DNA of 64,000 nucleotides from Chiloscyllium plagiosum (Eukaryota): NCBI RefSeq assembly GCF_004010195.1, contig NC_057718.1, positions 1,681,696 to 1,745,695 of the forward strand, read 5' to 3'. Shown piece by piece: positions 52,649 to 64,000 of this stretch (position 1 is its first letter; each line of letters starts with the position of its first letter). The notes under the pieces were generated by a model. It saw only the letters and a program-made list of their open reading frames with translations, ran no database searches and was not told where the DNA came from. The position numbers and the translations under genes were made by a program.

Positions 52649-53070
52649 CTCACTCTGTCATTGTCTCACTCCCTCTCATACACTATCTCGCTCCCTCTCA
52701 TACACTGTCTCACTCTGTCATTGTCTCACTCCCTCTCATACACTGTCTCACTCTGTCATTGTCTCACTCTCTCTCATACACTGTCTCACTCTCTCTCATA
52801 CACTGTCTCACTCTGTCATTGTCTCACTCTCTCTCATACACTGTCTCACTCTCTCTCATACACTGTCTCACTCTGTCATTGTCTCACTTCTCTCTCACTG
52901 TCTCACTCCCTCTCGCTGTCTCACTGTCCCACTCCATCATGCACACAGTCTCTCTCACTGTCTCACCCTCTGTCTCACTGTCTCAAACTCTCTCTCACTG
53001 TCTCACTCTCTCTCATACACTGTCTCACTCTCTCATGCCGTCACTCTCTCTCTCACTGTCCCTCACTCAC
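52649..53070. repeat. CT-rich compound minisatellite (CACTGTCT/CTCTCATA)
   Basis: Direct inspection. Confidence 0.9.
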
Positions 53071-53243
53071 ACAAAACACCATGAGGCCGTACGATATAGA
53101 AGCTGAATTAGGCTATTCAGCCCATCTGGTCTACTGTATTATTCGATCATGGCTGATATGTTCCTCAACCCCATCCTCCTGCCTTCTCCCTGTAGCCCTT
53201 GATCCCCTTACTAATCAAGAACCTATCAATCTCTGTCTTAAAT

Positions 53244-53543
53244 ATTAGATTAGATTACTTACAGAGTGGAAACAGGCCCTTCGGCCCAACAAGTCCACAC
53301 CGACCNACCCATTCCCCTACATTTACCCCTTCACCTAACACTACCGGTAATTTAGCATGGCCAATTCACCTGACCTGCACATCTTTGGACTGTGGGAGGA
53401 AACCGGAGCACCCGGAGGAAACCCACACAGACACGGGGAGTATGTGCAAACTCCACACAGAGAGTCGCCTGAGGCTGGAATCGAACCTGGCGACTCTGGC
53501 GCTGTGAGGCAGCAGTGCTAACCACTGTGCCACCATGCTGCCC
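53244..53543 (-). mobile_element. HE1-type V-SINE
   Basis: Reverse complement of the 14235-14553 family with (AGATT)n tail. Confidence 0.88.
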
Positions 53544-53544
53544 A

Positions 53545-56020
53545 TATGCCTCTCTGAAAAAAAAACCCTCCACAGCTTCCTTCTGTCTTTGATGATGAAG
53601 CCAATTTTGTATCCAATTTACCGACTTATCATGGATCCTATGTGAGTTAATCTCGTGGACCAGCCCACCATGAGGGGCCTTGTCAAATGCTTTAGTAAAG
53701 TCCATGTAAACAACATCCACTCTCTCAACATCCTACTCCCATAAATTATCTTCCTCACTTGCTGAAAAAAACCTCAAAATCAAGTTTGTGTCCCAAGCTC
53801 TCCCCAACACAAAGCTGTCCCTAATAAGCCCATTATTTTCCAAATGTGAGTAAATCTTGTCCCTAATAATCTTCTCCAATACCTTCCCAATCACTGATGT
53901 AAAGCTTACTGGCCTATTAATTTCTTGGATTATCGCATTTCTAAAACAAAGGAATAACATTGACCATTCTCCAGTCTTGTGGGACCTCACCTATGGCTAA
54001 ACACAATACAAAGATCTCGATCAAAACCCCAGCGATCTCATCCCTTGCCTCCTTAGTATCCCAGGATAGATCCCATCAGGCCCTAGGGACTTTTCCACTT
54101 TAATTATTTTAAAGCCATCCTCTTAGTAGCAACATGCCCCAAGGCATCGACATGCCCCTCCGTGATCTTACCATCAGCACTGTCCTTCTCCTGGGTCAAT
54201 CCCAATGTGAGGTACTCATTAAAGACCACCCACTTCCTCCAGCACCAAGCATGAAGTCCCTCCTTTGTCCTTGACTGGACCCATCATTTCCCTGGCTACT
54301 CTCTTTCTTCTAATATATGTCTAAAATGCCTTGGGATTCTCCTTAATCCTACTTGCCAAGGACATTTCATGGCTGCTTTTAGTCCTCCTTAATTTCCCTG
54401 CTTCCTTGCTGCTCCTCAAGAGCCTTTGCTGATTTCAGTTTCCCAGATCTTACATATGTTTCCTTTTTTTAACTAAACTTTCAATGTTCCATGTTATCCA
54501 GGATTCCTGAATCTTGCCATCCTTTCCTTTCATCCTCATAGGAGCGCGCAGATCCTGAACTCTGAACATCTGGCCTTTAAAACACTCCCACATGTCCAAT
54601 GTGGGTTTACCTGAAATAACTGCCCCAAATCTGATTTCTCTGGCTCCTGCCTCTAACAGTATTGCAATTAGAAGCAAATTACTGCAGATCCTGGAATATG
54701 TACTGAAAACCTCCCCCCAATTTACTACCTTCAATTTAGATTTATCTTTATCTATAATTGTTGTGGTTCTGTTCGCCGAGCTGGAAGTTTTTGTTGCAAA
54801 CGTTTCGTCCCCTGGCTAGGGCGACATCATCAGTGCTTGGGAGCCTCCTGCGAAGCGCTTCTTTGATGTTTCCTCCGGTGTTTATAGTGGTCTGTCCCTG
54901 CCGCTTCCGGTTGTCAGTTTCAGCTGTCCGCTGTAGTGGTTGGTATATTGGGTCCAGGTCGATGTGTTTGTTGATGGAGTTGATGGACCCAATATACCAA
55001 CCACTACAGCGGACAGCTGAAACTGACAACCGGAAGCGGCAGGGACAGACCACTATAAACACCGGAGGAAACACCACAGAAGCGCTTCGCAGGAGGCTCC
55101 CAAGCACTGAGGATGTTGCCTAGCCAGGGGACGAAACGTTTGCAACAAAAACTTCCAGCTCGGCGAACAGAACCACAACAACGAGCACCCGAGCTACAAA
55201 TCTTCGCACAAACTTTATCTATAATTATTTTAAAACTCACAGAATTATGATTATTGACCCAAAATGGTCTCCCCTTGATCACCTGACCTGGCTCAGTACC
55301 CAGTACAAGGTCGAGCACAGCCCCTTCCCTAATTGGACTATCTACATAGAGTCATAGAGATGTACAGCATGGAAACAGACCCTTTGGTTCAACCCGTCCA
55401 TGCCGACCAGATATCCCAACCCAATCTAGTCCCACCTGCCAGCACCCGGCCCATATCCCTCCAAACCCTTCCTATTCATATACCCATCCAAATGCCTCTT
55501 AAATGTTGCAATTGTACCAGCCTCCACCATATCCTCTGGCAGCTCCTTCCATACAGGTACCGGGGAGGTTTCATGTTTCAAGACATCCTCCTGGAAGCAC
55601 CTTACAAAGTCTGCCCCATCTAAGGCCTTGGTTCTGAGAGAGTCCATGAGACATGGATGCAGAATTTGGCCGATTAATTTTGCTCCCCATTCGATCACAG
55701 GTGATATGTTTGTCAACCCATTGTTTTGCTTTCTTCCTGTAACCCTTCATCTCTTTACTAATCAATGTTTCTCTCTCTGTCTTAAACACACTCAATGACA
55801 TGGTCTCCACAGCCCTCTGCAGCAATGAGTCCCTCAGATTCTGCACCCTCCATCTCAGTCCAGTATCCTTGGGATCTTTTGTCTGTCCTGCTGGTGGAAA
55901 CATTTTCTCCATGTTCATTCTCAGTCGCCTCTCAGTATTCTTTACGTTTCAATCAGATCGCCCCCACCCCATCCTTCTATACTACATCAAGTACAAGACC
56001 CAGAGTCCTCAACTGCTCCT
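53545..56020 (-). mobile_element. Degraded CR1 fragments with nested Penelope and CR1 3' ends
   Basis: YMDFTKAFDK and LDLVLGTEP motifs. Confidence 0.78.
54760..55212. mobile_element. Inverted pair of Penelope 3' ends (third family), one hammerhead motif per arm
   Basis: Near-perfect inverted repeat of about 220 bp; SINKHIDLDPIYQPL C-terminus; TSD CTTTATCTATAATT at 54746-54759 and 55213-55226; hammerhead motifs at 54796-54836 (-) and 55104-55143 (+). Confidence 0.88.
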
Positions 56021-57366
56021 CCTATATCCCATACTATCCCATTCTCTCACACTCCCATTCTTCCACACTGACCCTCTTACACTCACATTGAAATATCCAC
56101 ACATTCACTCCCCAGCTCACTACACCTCAGACCTTGTACCTGCCTCCCTTACACAGTCAAACACTGAAACACCAACACAGATACTCACATTCTGACATTT
56201 ACATTCACACAGATCCACATGCAACATCTTCACACACTTACCCGATAAATAATCCACACTCACATTTTTTACTCATTCCACGAATTTTGTAATGGCCCTG
56301 TAACTGTTAATTGCCTCAAGTGTGCTCAGACAGATCTCCCTCTCAGATACTCTCCCATTCTCACTCTCTCTCCGTTATGCCCTCAGCCTCTCTGTCTCAC
56401 ACACTCTCGCGTACTCCCTTTGATGTCTGTCTTCTACATTACAACATGTGGCAGTCCTTCAAAGTATTGGCCATACATTTAACTTAAAAGTATTTTGTAC
56501 AACTGCGGTCATGAAAGTGCTTTATGTCAATGGAGATTAATCTTTGCTGATGCCTAAACTTTGTGTGTTTCTCAGGGAAGTTCAAACCACAAACAGGAGG
56601 GAATTAGTGTTTGATTTAGAACAGTACAGCACAGGACAGGCCCTTTGGCCCACCATGTTGTGCTGAGATTTAATCCTAATGTAAAATATAGTAACTTAAC
56701 CTATGCACCCCTCAACTCACTGCTATCCATGTGCATGTCCAGCAGTCACTTAAATATCCTCATTTATTTATTTAGGAGCCATAATAATCATTACCTGATG
56801 GTATTAATATCACACTTGTTAGAAAGACATTTCTCCTGGAGTTATCAGCTTCTGTGGATTACTGAGGACAACGCTAGAGTAAAGCAAGGGTTAACAGCAG
56901 GGTAGTAAATATGGAAATAATCCTCCAGCAGCCACTGTGGTTACACTGAGTAACACTGGGACATACATTAGCTCTAATATTAAGGTGTAACGGTCAAGAG
57001 AAATGAGTCAAAAGACAAAAGGTTTCCCATTGCTGGCATTTCCTGTTGTGTAAAACAAATTAGTCCATTGTCCCATTTCTCTGTCTCTGTCACATTTGTC
57101 TGGATGATGCCAGCTCCTACAAGGGGGGCTTCTGAAATGTCCACTTTCATTCTCAACCCAGGACTCCCCACCACAGGGCCTGTGGCTGTGTCTGACCCAT
57201 CTCCCACACTTTGGCCTTCACCCCCTCTCTCCCCTCCCACTGGGCCACACCTCCCATCCCCTGCAGCATCCACATCCAGAGGATCATCAGTTACCATATC
57301 CACCACCTCCCACCGGGATACACCAGGAAATCCATATCCACCACCTCCCACAGGGATACACCAGGA

Positions 57367-57866
57367 NNNNNNNNNNNNNNNNNNNNNNNNNNNNNNNNNN
57401 NNNNNNNNNNNNNNNNNNNNNNNNNNNNNNNNNNNNNNNNNNNNNNNNNNNNNNNNNNNNNNNNNNNNNNNNNNNNNNNNNNNNNNNNNNNNNNNNNNNN
57501 NNNNNNNNNNNNNNNNNNNNNNNNNNNNNNNNNNNNNNNNNNNNNNNNNNNNNNNNNNNNNNNNNNNNNNNNNNNNNNNNNNNNNNNNNNNNNNNNNNNN
57601 NNNNNNNNNNNNNNNNNNNNNNNNNNNNNNNNNNNNNNNNNNNNNNNNNNNNNNNNNNNNNNNNNNNNNNNNNNNNNNNNNNNNNNNNNNNNNNNNNNNN
57701 NNNNNNNNNNNNNNNNNNNNNNNNNNNNNNNNNNNNNNNNNNNNNNNNNNNNNNNNNNNNNNNNNNNNNNNNNNNNNNNNNNNNNNNNNNNNNNNNNNNN
57801 NNNNNNNNNNNNNNNNNNNNNNNNNNNNNNNNNNNNNNNNNNNNNNNNNNNNNNNNNNNNNNNNNN
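57367..57866. other. Assembly gap, exactly 500 N
   Basis: N run. Confidence 1.
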
Positions 57867-57887
57867 TGTCTGTCTGTCTGTCTGTCT

Positions 57888-57928
<41 letters not shown>
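57867..57928. repeat. (TGTC)n microsatellite upstream of the acceptor of the 720 aa gene
   Basis: Direct inspection. Confidence 0.95.
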
Positions 57929-57929
<1 letters not shown>

Positions 57930-57972
57930 CATCCCCCCCCCCCCACATCCCCAAACACCAGCAGCAGTCACC

Positions 57973-60135
57973 ATGGCCAAGAAAGATGAGAACCTTTTAG
58001 CAAATATTAACAGCGCCTTCCTGAAACACAGCAAGGTGGAGGAAGTGAAGAGGGATAATCTGCTCATGATGCAACCTTATGCTAACTGGGAGGAGTTCCT
58101 GATGCCGGCTCCAATGTCGATTGCAATCCTCGGGGAATTAATCATCATCTCTTCCACCGCTGACTTCCCTGTAAACAAGCACAGCCCGGACAGGCAATAT
58201 CAACACATCAAATACCCGGAATCATTCCGAGCCTGCCTGATGCAGGTCAGTAACCAGGGCTGGAAATGTTTTAACTTGGCTCATAAAAACATGGACCAGA
58301 TTCGGCTGCACTCCCAGAGTGTCCCGACCCACCTGAAGAGTGCGGTGAAGACCCTGATGCAGGGTGAGCAGCAGAGTCTGGAGAGGCTGCTCCCTCTGCA
58401 GTTGGGCAGCATCAAAGCTGTTGCGGATGATTGTCTTGGCCTCGCCCAGGAGGTTGAGAGAAGCTTCTCCTCCATTACTGACCTGATCCATGAATTGCTG
58501 GAGGCCTGTACTGGTGCCAAGGGGATGTATGAGGAGGAATCCAAGGTGGTGCGGCGTTCCCTGGAGGATGCCAGCCTTCGGAAGGCCACTGCAGAGAAAG
58601 AGAAGACGCAGGCAGACGAATATTTCACCAGGATGAACAAACAGGTCGAGGAGGCTCATGATGCCTACAAGAGGGCAGTGGAGTCTGCTCCCAGTGAGTG
58701 GGGGGTTGTTGGCATGTTTGCAGTGGAGAATTCGATCAATCTGGTCAGTAACCTGGTGAGTGGCTTCATGTCGATGGTGACTGCAGATCCAGTCAGCCTG
58801 TCTACCACGGTGGTGGAGACCTTGGCGAATGTTGGCAACGTCATTGCCGAAAAGGTTAGGAACAAGGAGCAAGCCAAAGCCTGCAGCCAGCAAGCTGAGG
58901 TGGACCCAGTCGCTGCCAGCAATGTCCTCTCCAAGTCCAGTGAGCTGCTGATGGCCACCGTCAAACTCCAGGACTTGCTGTCAGCTGACGCTAAACTGAG
59001 TCTGGATAAACTCCTGGATCAGATGTCGGGCAGTGTGAACATCTCCAGGCGCATGTTCCAGCAGATTAAAACCGAGATCAATCTGGAGGAGGACTGCAGC
59101 CCCAAGGAAGCAGCCCTGACTCTGTGCAGGAAGGGCATCGCGATCTGTGAGAAGCTGGAGGAGATTGGACAGTGCGAGAATCCGACTGAAGAGCAGATAG
59201 AGAGGGTGGCTGGCAGGATCGGGGAGCTCTATGGGAAAGTGGTCAAGTTCAGTGCAGGCTGCGTGGCCAACAACCCGACGGTACTCCCTCAGACTGCCCC
59301 GAACCTGTCCAGGGCAGCAGGTGAGCAGCAGCCTGAGGACCAAAGCATGGTGCACACGGTGGTGACCCAGGCCCGGATAAAGATCGAGAATGCCAAGGCA
59401 CATTTGGATAGCACCCGGGCAGAGTACGAGAGGAGCTTTGAAGCAATGAAGCAGAGTAACAAGGAGCTGGATGAGATCCTGGCCATGATGAGGAAATGTC
59501 AGGTGACCAAGGTTGACTTTGACGTGACACTGAAGATGTTGACCCAGGGTCTGGAAGCCTTGGGCAGGGTGAGAGAGCAGTGGACCAAGATGATTCGCTT
59601 CTTTGAAATGGTTTCCAACTTGATCCACATTTGCCTCACCAAATCCCTGAGAAAACTCGTCACGGACAGCGAAGTGATCCAAGCAATCGAGGGGTACAGC
59701 CAGCAGCAGCACATCCGAGATTTAATTTATGCCCAAGCCTTTCAGGCAACCAACATCTCCCACCTGGTCAATATGATCGCCAGAACCTACGTGGAGATTT
59801 CTAGCAAGTACCTGATGGACCGAGTGACCAGTCTGGGCCGGCTGATCACCCTGGACCCTGAGGATGCGGAGTTCCAGAGTGAGCGGCAGCTGCTTCAGCG
59901 AGGCTGTGCTGAGGCCCGCCAGATGATCATGGAGCGGGTTCTGAGCAACAAGGAGCAGTTTGAGATTCGGATCCAGCAGCGAATTGAGGCCATTGACTCT
60001 GGGCTGAAGGCAGTGCTGCCTCCTGCCTCAGAGGTGGAGCTGCAGGCCATCGAGAGTTCCCTGAACCAGGAAAGCCCATCCATCTTCAGGGAGATTGCAG
60101 AGGAGGAGGAGGAGGAAGACGATCAATGGGCCTGA
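57973..60135 (+). CDS. Uncharacterised 720 aa alpha-helical protein, single coding exon; candidate ClyA/Hbl-like fold
   Basis: Uninterrupted 2.16 kb ORF with GC3-rich codons; strong Kozak gtcaccATGG; tandem CAG acceptors at 57961-57967; motifs MQPYANWEEFLMPAP, YPESFRACLMQV, AHKNMDQIRL. Confidence 0.92.
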   Translation: MAKKDENLLANINSAFLKHSKVEEVKRDNLLMMQPYANWEEFLMPAPMSIAILGELIIISSTADFPVNKHSPDRQYQHIKYPESFRACLMQVSNQGWKCFNLAHKNMDQIRLHSQSVPTHLKSAVKTLMQGEQQSLERLLPLQLGSIKAVADDCLGLAQEVERSFSSITDLIHELLEACTGAKGMYEEESKVVRRSLEDASLRKATAEKEKTQADEYFTRMNKQVEEAHDAYKRAVESAPSEWGVVGMFAVENSINLVSNLVSGFMSMVTADPVSLSTTVVETLANVGNVIAEKVRNKEQAKACSQQAEVDPVAASNVLSKSSELLMATVKLQDLLSADAKLSLDKLLDQMSGSVNISRRMFQQIKTEINLEEDCSPKEAALTLCRKGIAICEKLEEIGQCENPTEEQIERVAGRIGELYGKVVKFSAGCVANNPTVLPQTAPNLSRAAGEQQPEDQSMVHTVVTQARIKIENAKAHLDSTRAEYERSFEAMKQSNKELDEILAMMRKCQVTKVDFDVTLKMLTQGLEALGRVREQWTKMIRFFEMVSNLIHICLTKSLRKLVTDSEVIQAIEGYSQQQHIRDLIYAQAFQATNISHLVNMIARTYVEISSKYLMDRVTSLGRLITLDPEDAEFQSERQLLQRGCAEARQMIMERVLSNKEQFEIRIQQRIEAIDSGLKAVLPPASEVELQAIESSLNQESPSIFREIAEEEEEEDDQWA

Positions 60136-60199
60136 CGCAGGAAGGGAAGCTCCAGTGGTAAAGGTGAGTGGGCAGCTCTGTCTGTGCTGCTGGAGGAAC

Positions 60200-60698
60200 G
60201 AATTACTGCAGGTAACGCAATTAGACAGAGGAGCAGAAATTAGGCCATTCAGCCCATCAAGCCCACCATTCAATCACGGCTGATAAGTTTCTCAACCCCA
60301 TTTTCCTGCTTTCTCCCCCTAACCCTTGATATTCAAGAACCTATCGATCTCAGTCTTAAATATACTCAATGACCTGGCCTCCACAGCCTTTTGTGGCAAT
60401 AAATTCCATAGATTCACCGCCCTCTGGCTGAAGAAGGTTTTCCTTACCTGAATTACTGCAGGTAACGCAATTAGACAGAGGAGCAGAAATTAGGCCATTC
60501 AGCCCATCAAGCCCACCATTCAATCACGGCTGATAAGTTTCTCAACCCCATTTTCCCGCTTTCTCCCCCTAACCCTTGATAATCAAGAACCTATCGATCT
60601 CAGACTTAAATATACTCAATGACCTGGCCTCTACAGTCTTATGTGCCAATGAATTCCATAGATTCACCACTCTTTGGCTGAAGAAGTTTCTCCTTATC
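60200..60698. repeat. 250 bp tandem duplication spanning a CR1 3' junction
   Basis: gaattactgcaggtaacgcaattagac.. starts at 60200 and again at 60450. Confidence 0.92.
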
Positions 60699-63600
60699 TC
60701 TGTTCTAAAAGGACTTCCCTTTATCTAAAGCTGTGCCCTCGAGTCCAGTGTTTCCTACCAATGGAAACATCTTCCCAACATCTACTCTGTCCAGGCCATT
60801 CATTATTCTGTATGTTTCATTTAGATTCCTCATCATCATCTAAAGTGCATCGAGTATAAACCCAGAGCCCTCAAACGTTCCTCATATTGTTAAGTGTTTA
60901 ATTCCTGGGATCATTTTTGTGAACTTCCTCTGAATACACTGCAGGGTCAGTTCAACCTTCCTGAGATATGGGGCCCAAAACTGTGCACAGTACTCCAAAT
61001 ATTGTCTGACCAGAGCCTTATAGAGCCTCAGAAGTAAATTCCTGCTTTTATATTCAAGTCCTCTCAAAATAAATGCCATCATTGCATTTGTCCTCCTAAC
61101 GACTGACTCAAGCTGCAAGTTTACCTTGAGAGAATCCTGGACTAGAACTCCCAAGTCTCTTTATACTTCAGACTTCTGAATTTTCTAGTCATTTAGAAAA
61201 TAGCCCATGCCTCTCTTCTTCCTACCAAAGTGTATGACCTCACACTTTCCCACATTGTACTCCATCTGCCACTTCTTTTCTCACTCTCCTACCCTGTCCA
61301 AATCCTTCTGCAACCTCCCCGCCCCTCCATGCTCCCGTCCCTCTACCTACCTTTGTAAACTTAGTCAGAATGCCTTCAGTTCCTTCATGTAGATCATTAA
61401 TGTATAAAGTGAAAAGTTGTGGTTCCAACACTGAGCGTTGCGGAACGACACTTGTAACCGGCTGCCATCCTGAGAAAGACCCTTTTATTTCCACTCTGTG
61501 CTTTCTGCCAGGCAGCCAAGTTTCTATCCATGCTAGCACATTGCCTCTGACACCATGGGTCCTTATCTTACTCAGTAGCCTCCTGTGCAGCATCTTGTCC
61601 AAGGACTTCTTGAAGTCTAGATCAATAACATCTATTGGCTCTCCTTAGTCTAACCTGGTTGTTATTTCCTCAAAGAATTGTAGCAGATTTGTCAGGCATG
61701 ACTTCCCCTTGACGAAGCCATGCTGACTTTGCCCTATTTTGCCAAGTATTCAGAAATCTCATCCTTCACAATAGATTCCAGGGTATTACCCACGACCAAG
61801 GTTCGGTTAATCAGTCTGTAATGTTCAGTCTCTTGCCTTACTACCTTTCTAAACAGGGGTGTCATGGTAGCAATTTTCCTGTCCTCAGGGACTCTCCCTG
61901 ATTCTAGCGATTCCTGAAAGATCACCACTAACGCCTCCCCTATCTCTTCAGCTATCACCCTTAGAACTCTGGGGTGTAGTTCATCTGGTCCAGGTGATTT
62001 ATGCACCTTCAGGACATTCAGTTTTTCTGGCACCTTCTTCTCGGTATGTTGGCCCCTCACTGTCTTGAATTTTTGGGATATTACTTGTGTCTTCCATCGT
62101 GAACACTGAAGCAAAATAATTATTCAGCTCCTCAGCCATTGCCTTGTTCCCCACTACTATCTCTCCAGCATCATTTTCCAGCAGCCCAATGTCCACTTTG
62201 GATCTCTTTTGCCCTTTATATATCTAAGGAAACTCTTATAGTCTTCCTTTTATATTAATGGCTAGCTTACCCCCATATTTAATCAGGCTCCTCCTTATTT
62301 CATTTCTTGTTTCCCTCTGTTGGTCTTTGTGAGCTTCCCAATCCTCCGGTTTCCCACTGCCCTTCACCACATTAGATGTTTTCTCTTTTGCTTTTACACT
62401 ATCCCTGACTTCCCTGGTCAGCCACGGTTGCTTCCCCCTCCCTGGACCATGCTTCCTTTTCCCTCGGGATGAATCTCTGCTGTGTCTCCTGAATTACTCC
62501 CAGAAACCCCTGCCGTTGCTGTCCCATGTCATTCCTGCTGGGCTCCTCTCCCAGTCAATTCTCCCCAGCTCCTCCCTCATGCCTCTGTAGTTGCCTTTAT
62601 TCAGCTGTAATACTGTTACCTCCAGTTGTATCTTCTCCCTCTCGAACTGCAGAGTAAATTCCATCATATTATGATCACTGCCTCCTAAGGGTTCCTTCAC
62701 TTTAACCTGCCTTTCCAAGCCTGTCTCGTTGTACAACACTAAACCCAGTATTGCCTGGTCCCTAGTGGGCTCCACCACAAGCTGCTCCAAAAAGCCGTCT
62801 CGCAGACATTCCACACATTCCGTTTCTTGCAATCCACGACCAGCCTGTTTTTCCCAGTCCCCCTGCATATTGAAACCCCTGGGATCACTGTAACTTTGCC
62901 TTTCCTGCACATCTTTTCTATCTCCTGGTGTATCTTGCACCCTTGCTCCTGATGACTGTTTGGAGGCCTGTACATAACTCCAGCTATGGGGTGTTCACCT
63001 TTGTAGTTCCTCAATGCTACCCACACAGATTCCACACCATCTCTCCCTACACAGCTTCTTACTATTGAGTGAGTTTCATTTCTTACTAAGAAAGCAACCC
63101 CACCCCCTCTGCCCACCTGCTTATCTTTTCGATGGGATGTATGTCCTTGAATATTCAGCTCCCAATCCTGATCCCCTTGCAGCCATGTCTCCGAGATGCC
63201 CACCCTGTCATTCCTGCCAATTTCGATCTGTGCCCCAAGCTCATTTACCTTATTCCTTACACTGCCTGCATTCAGGTCTCATCCCTTCAGTCCTGTATTA
63301 ACTGTCCCTGTTCTCACTGTCATTGGTTTGTCCAGTGTGTTTGAAGTCTGATTGCTAACCCTTTCCATACACGCTCTCCTAGTTGTGTCTGTGCTGGAGA
63401 TTTGAATAACCTCTCCTGAGTTCTGAACTCTTACCTACTCCTTTAATTCGGCTTTTCTCATTTGCCTGAGAACTGACCCCTCCCCCATCCTCACCCATTT
63501 AGTTTAAAGCCCTGTCTACAGCCCGAGTAACACAATTCACTAAGACCCTATTCCCAACACGGTTCAGATGAAGACTGTCCCTTTGGACCAGCTCCCTCTT

Positions 63601-63960
63601 CCCCAGTCCTGGTGCCAATGTCCCTTGAATTCAAACCCTTTTCTCCCATACATTTCCCTGATTTAATCTTATTGACCCAGTGCCAATTAGCTCGTGGCTC
63701 AGGTAGTAATCCAGAGAGTATTATCTTTTTGGTTCTGTTTTTTAATTGAGCTCCTCGTTGTTCACACTCCCTTAGCAGAACCTCTGCCCCAGCTTTATGA
63801 GTGTTATTGGTACCCACATAGACCACAACCACTGGATCACTCCCCCCATCCACGTTCCTCTGCAGTCCAGAGGAGATATCTCAAACCTGAGCACCAGGCA
63901 GGCACCACAACCTTTTCTCAAACCTGAGCACCAGGCAGGCACCACAACCTTTGGGCCTTT
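60225..63960 (-). mobile_element. Near full-length decayed CR1 LINE (ORF1 esterase, APE endonuclease, RT, 3' UTR)
   Basis: VVVYVGTNN (ORF1); GISETWL, YRPPNS, SDHN (endonuclease); RT motifs; multiple stops and frameshifts. Confidence 0.92.
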
Positions 63961-64000
63961 CAGTCCTGGTCACAGCCTCTGACTGTACTATCCCAAATTA

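Noticed and set aside
52504-53248. Ser/Leu/His-rich ORFs in three frames
   Set aside because: Translation of a CT-rich simple repeat plus a Penelope-derived element
57211-57972. N-terminal extension of the 974 aa ORF, and other X-containing ORFs
   Set aside because: Read-through of N-gaps and a microsatellite; the likely start is the Kozak ATG at 57973
58222-59714. Long antisense ORFs (223 aa, 243 aa)
   Set aside because: Shadow ORFs of the GC3-rich 720 aa coding sequence

Overview
Repeat-rich vertebrate genomic DNA, very likely from a shark (inferred from HE1/V-SINEs, Deu-domain SINEs and the CR1 and Penelope families), with four N-gaps. Genes: (1) the 3' part of a divergent ADCY8-like adenylyl cyclase, with three exons on + (6.4-10.7 kb) and the terminal exon on - (36.4-36.7 kb), most simply explained by a flipped scaffold block at 11883-41738; (2) two intact single-coding-exon paralogues of an uncharacterised, apparently all-alpha-helical family (490 aa at 17365-18837; 720 aa at 57973-60135) that align over most of their length and each carry a central hydrophobic/amphipathic segment, the best candidate here for an undescribed system (hypothesis: ClyA/Hbl-Nhe/YaxAB-type alpha pore-forming proteins, possibly two-component); (3) a spliced gene of unknown function at 46.5-52.4 kb. 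The rest is CR1 and Rex/Babar LINE relics, SINEs, a Gypsy relic, Penelope-like elements and their short inverted derivatives (several with minimal hammerhead ribozyme cores), a 4 kb 26/27-bp satellite and a 36-bp CCAAT-box minisatellite. All calls are by eye; no searches were run.
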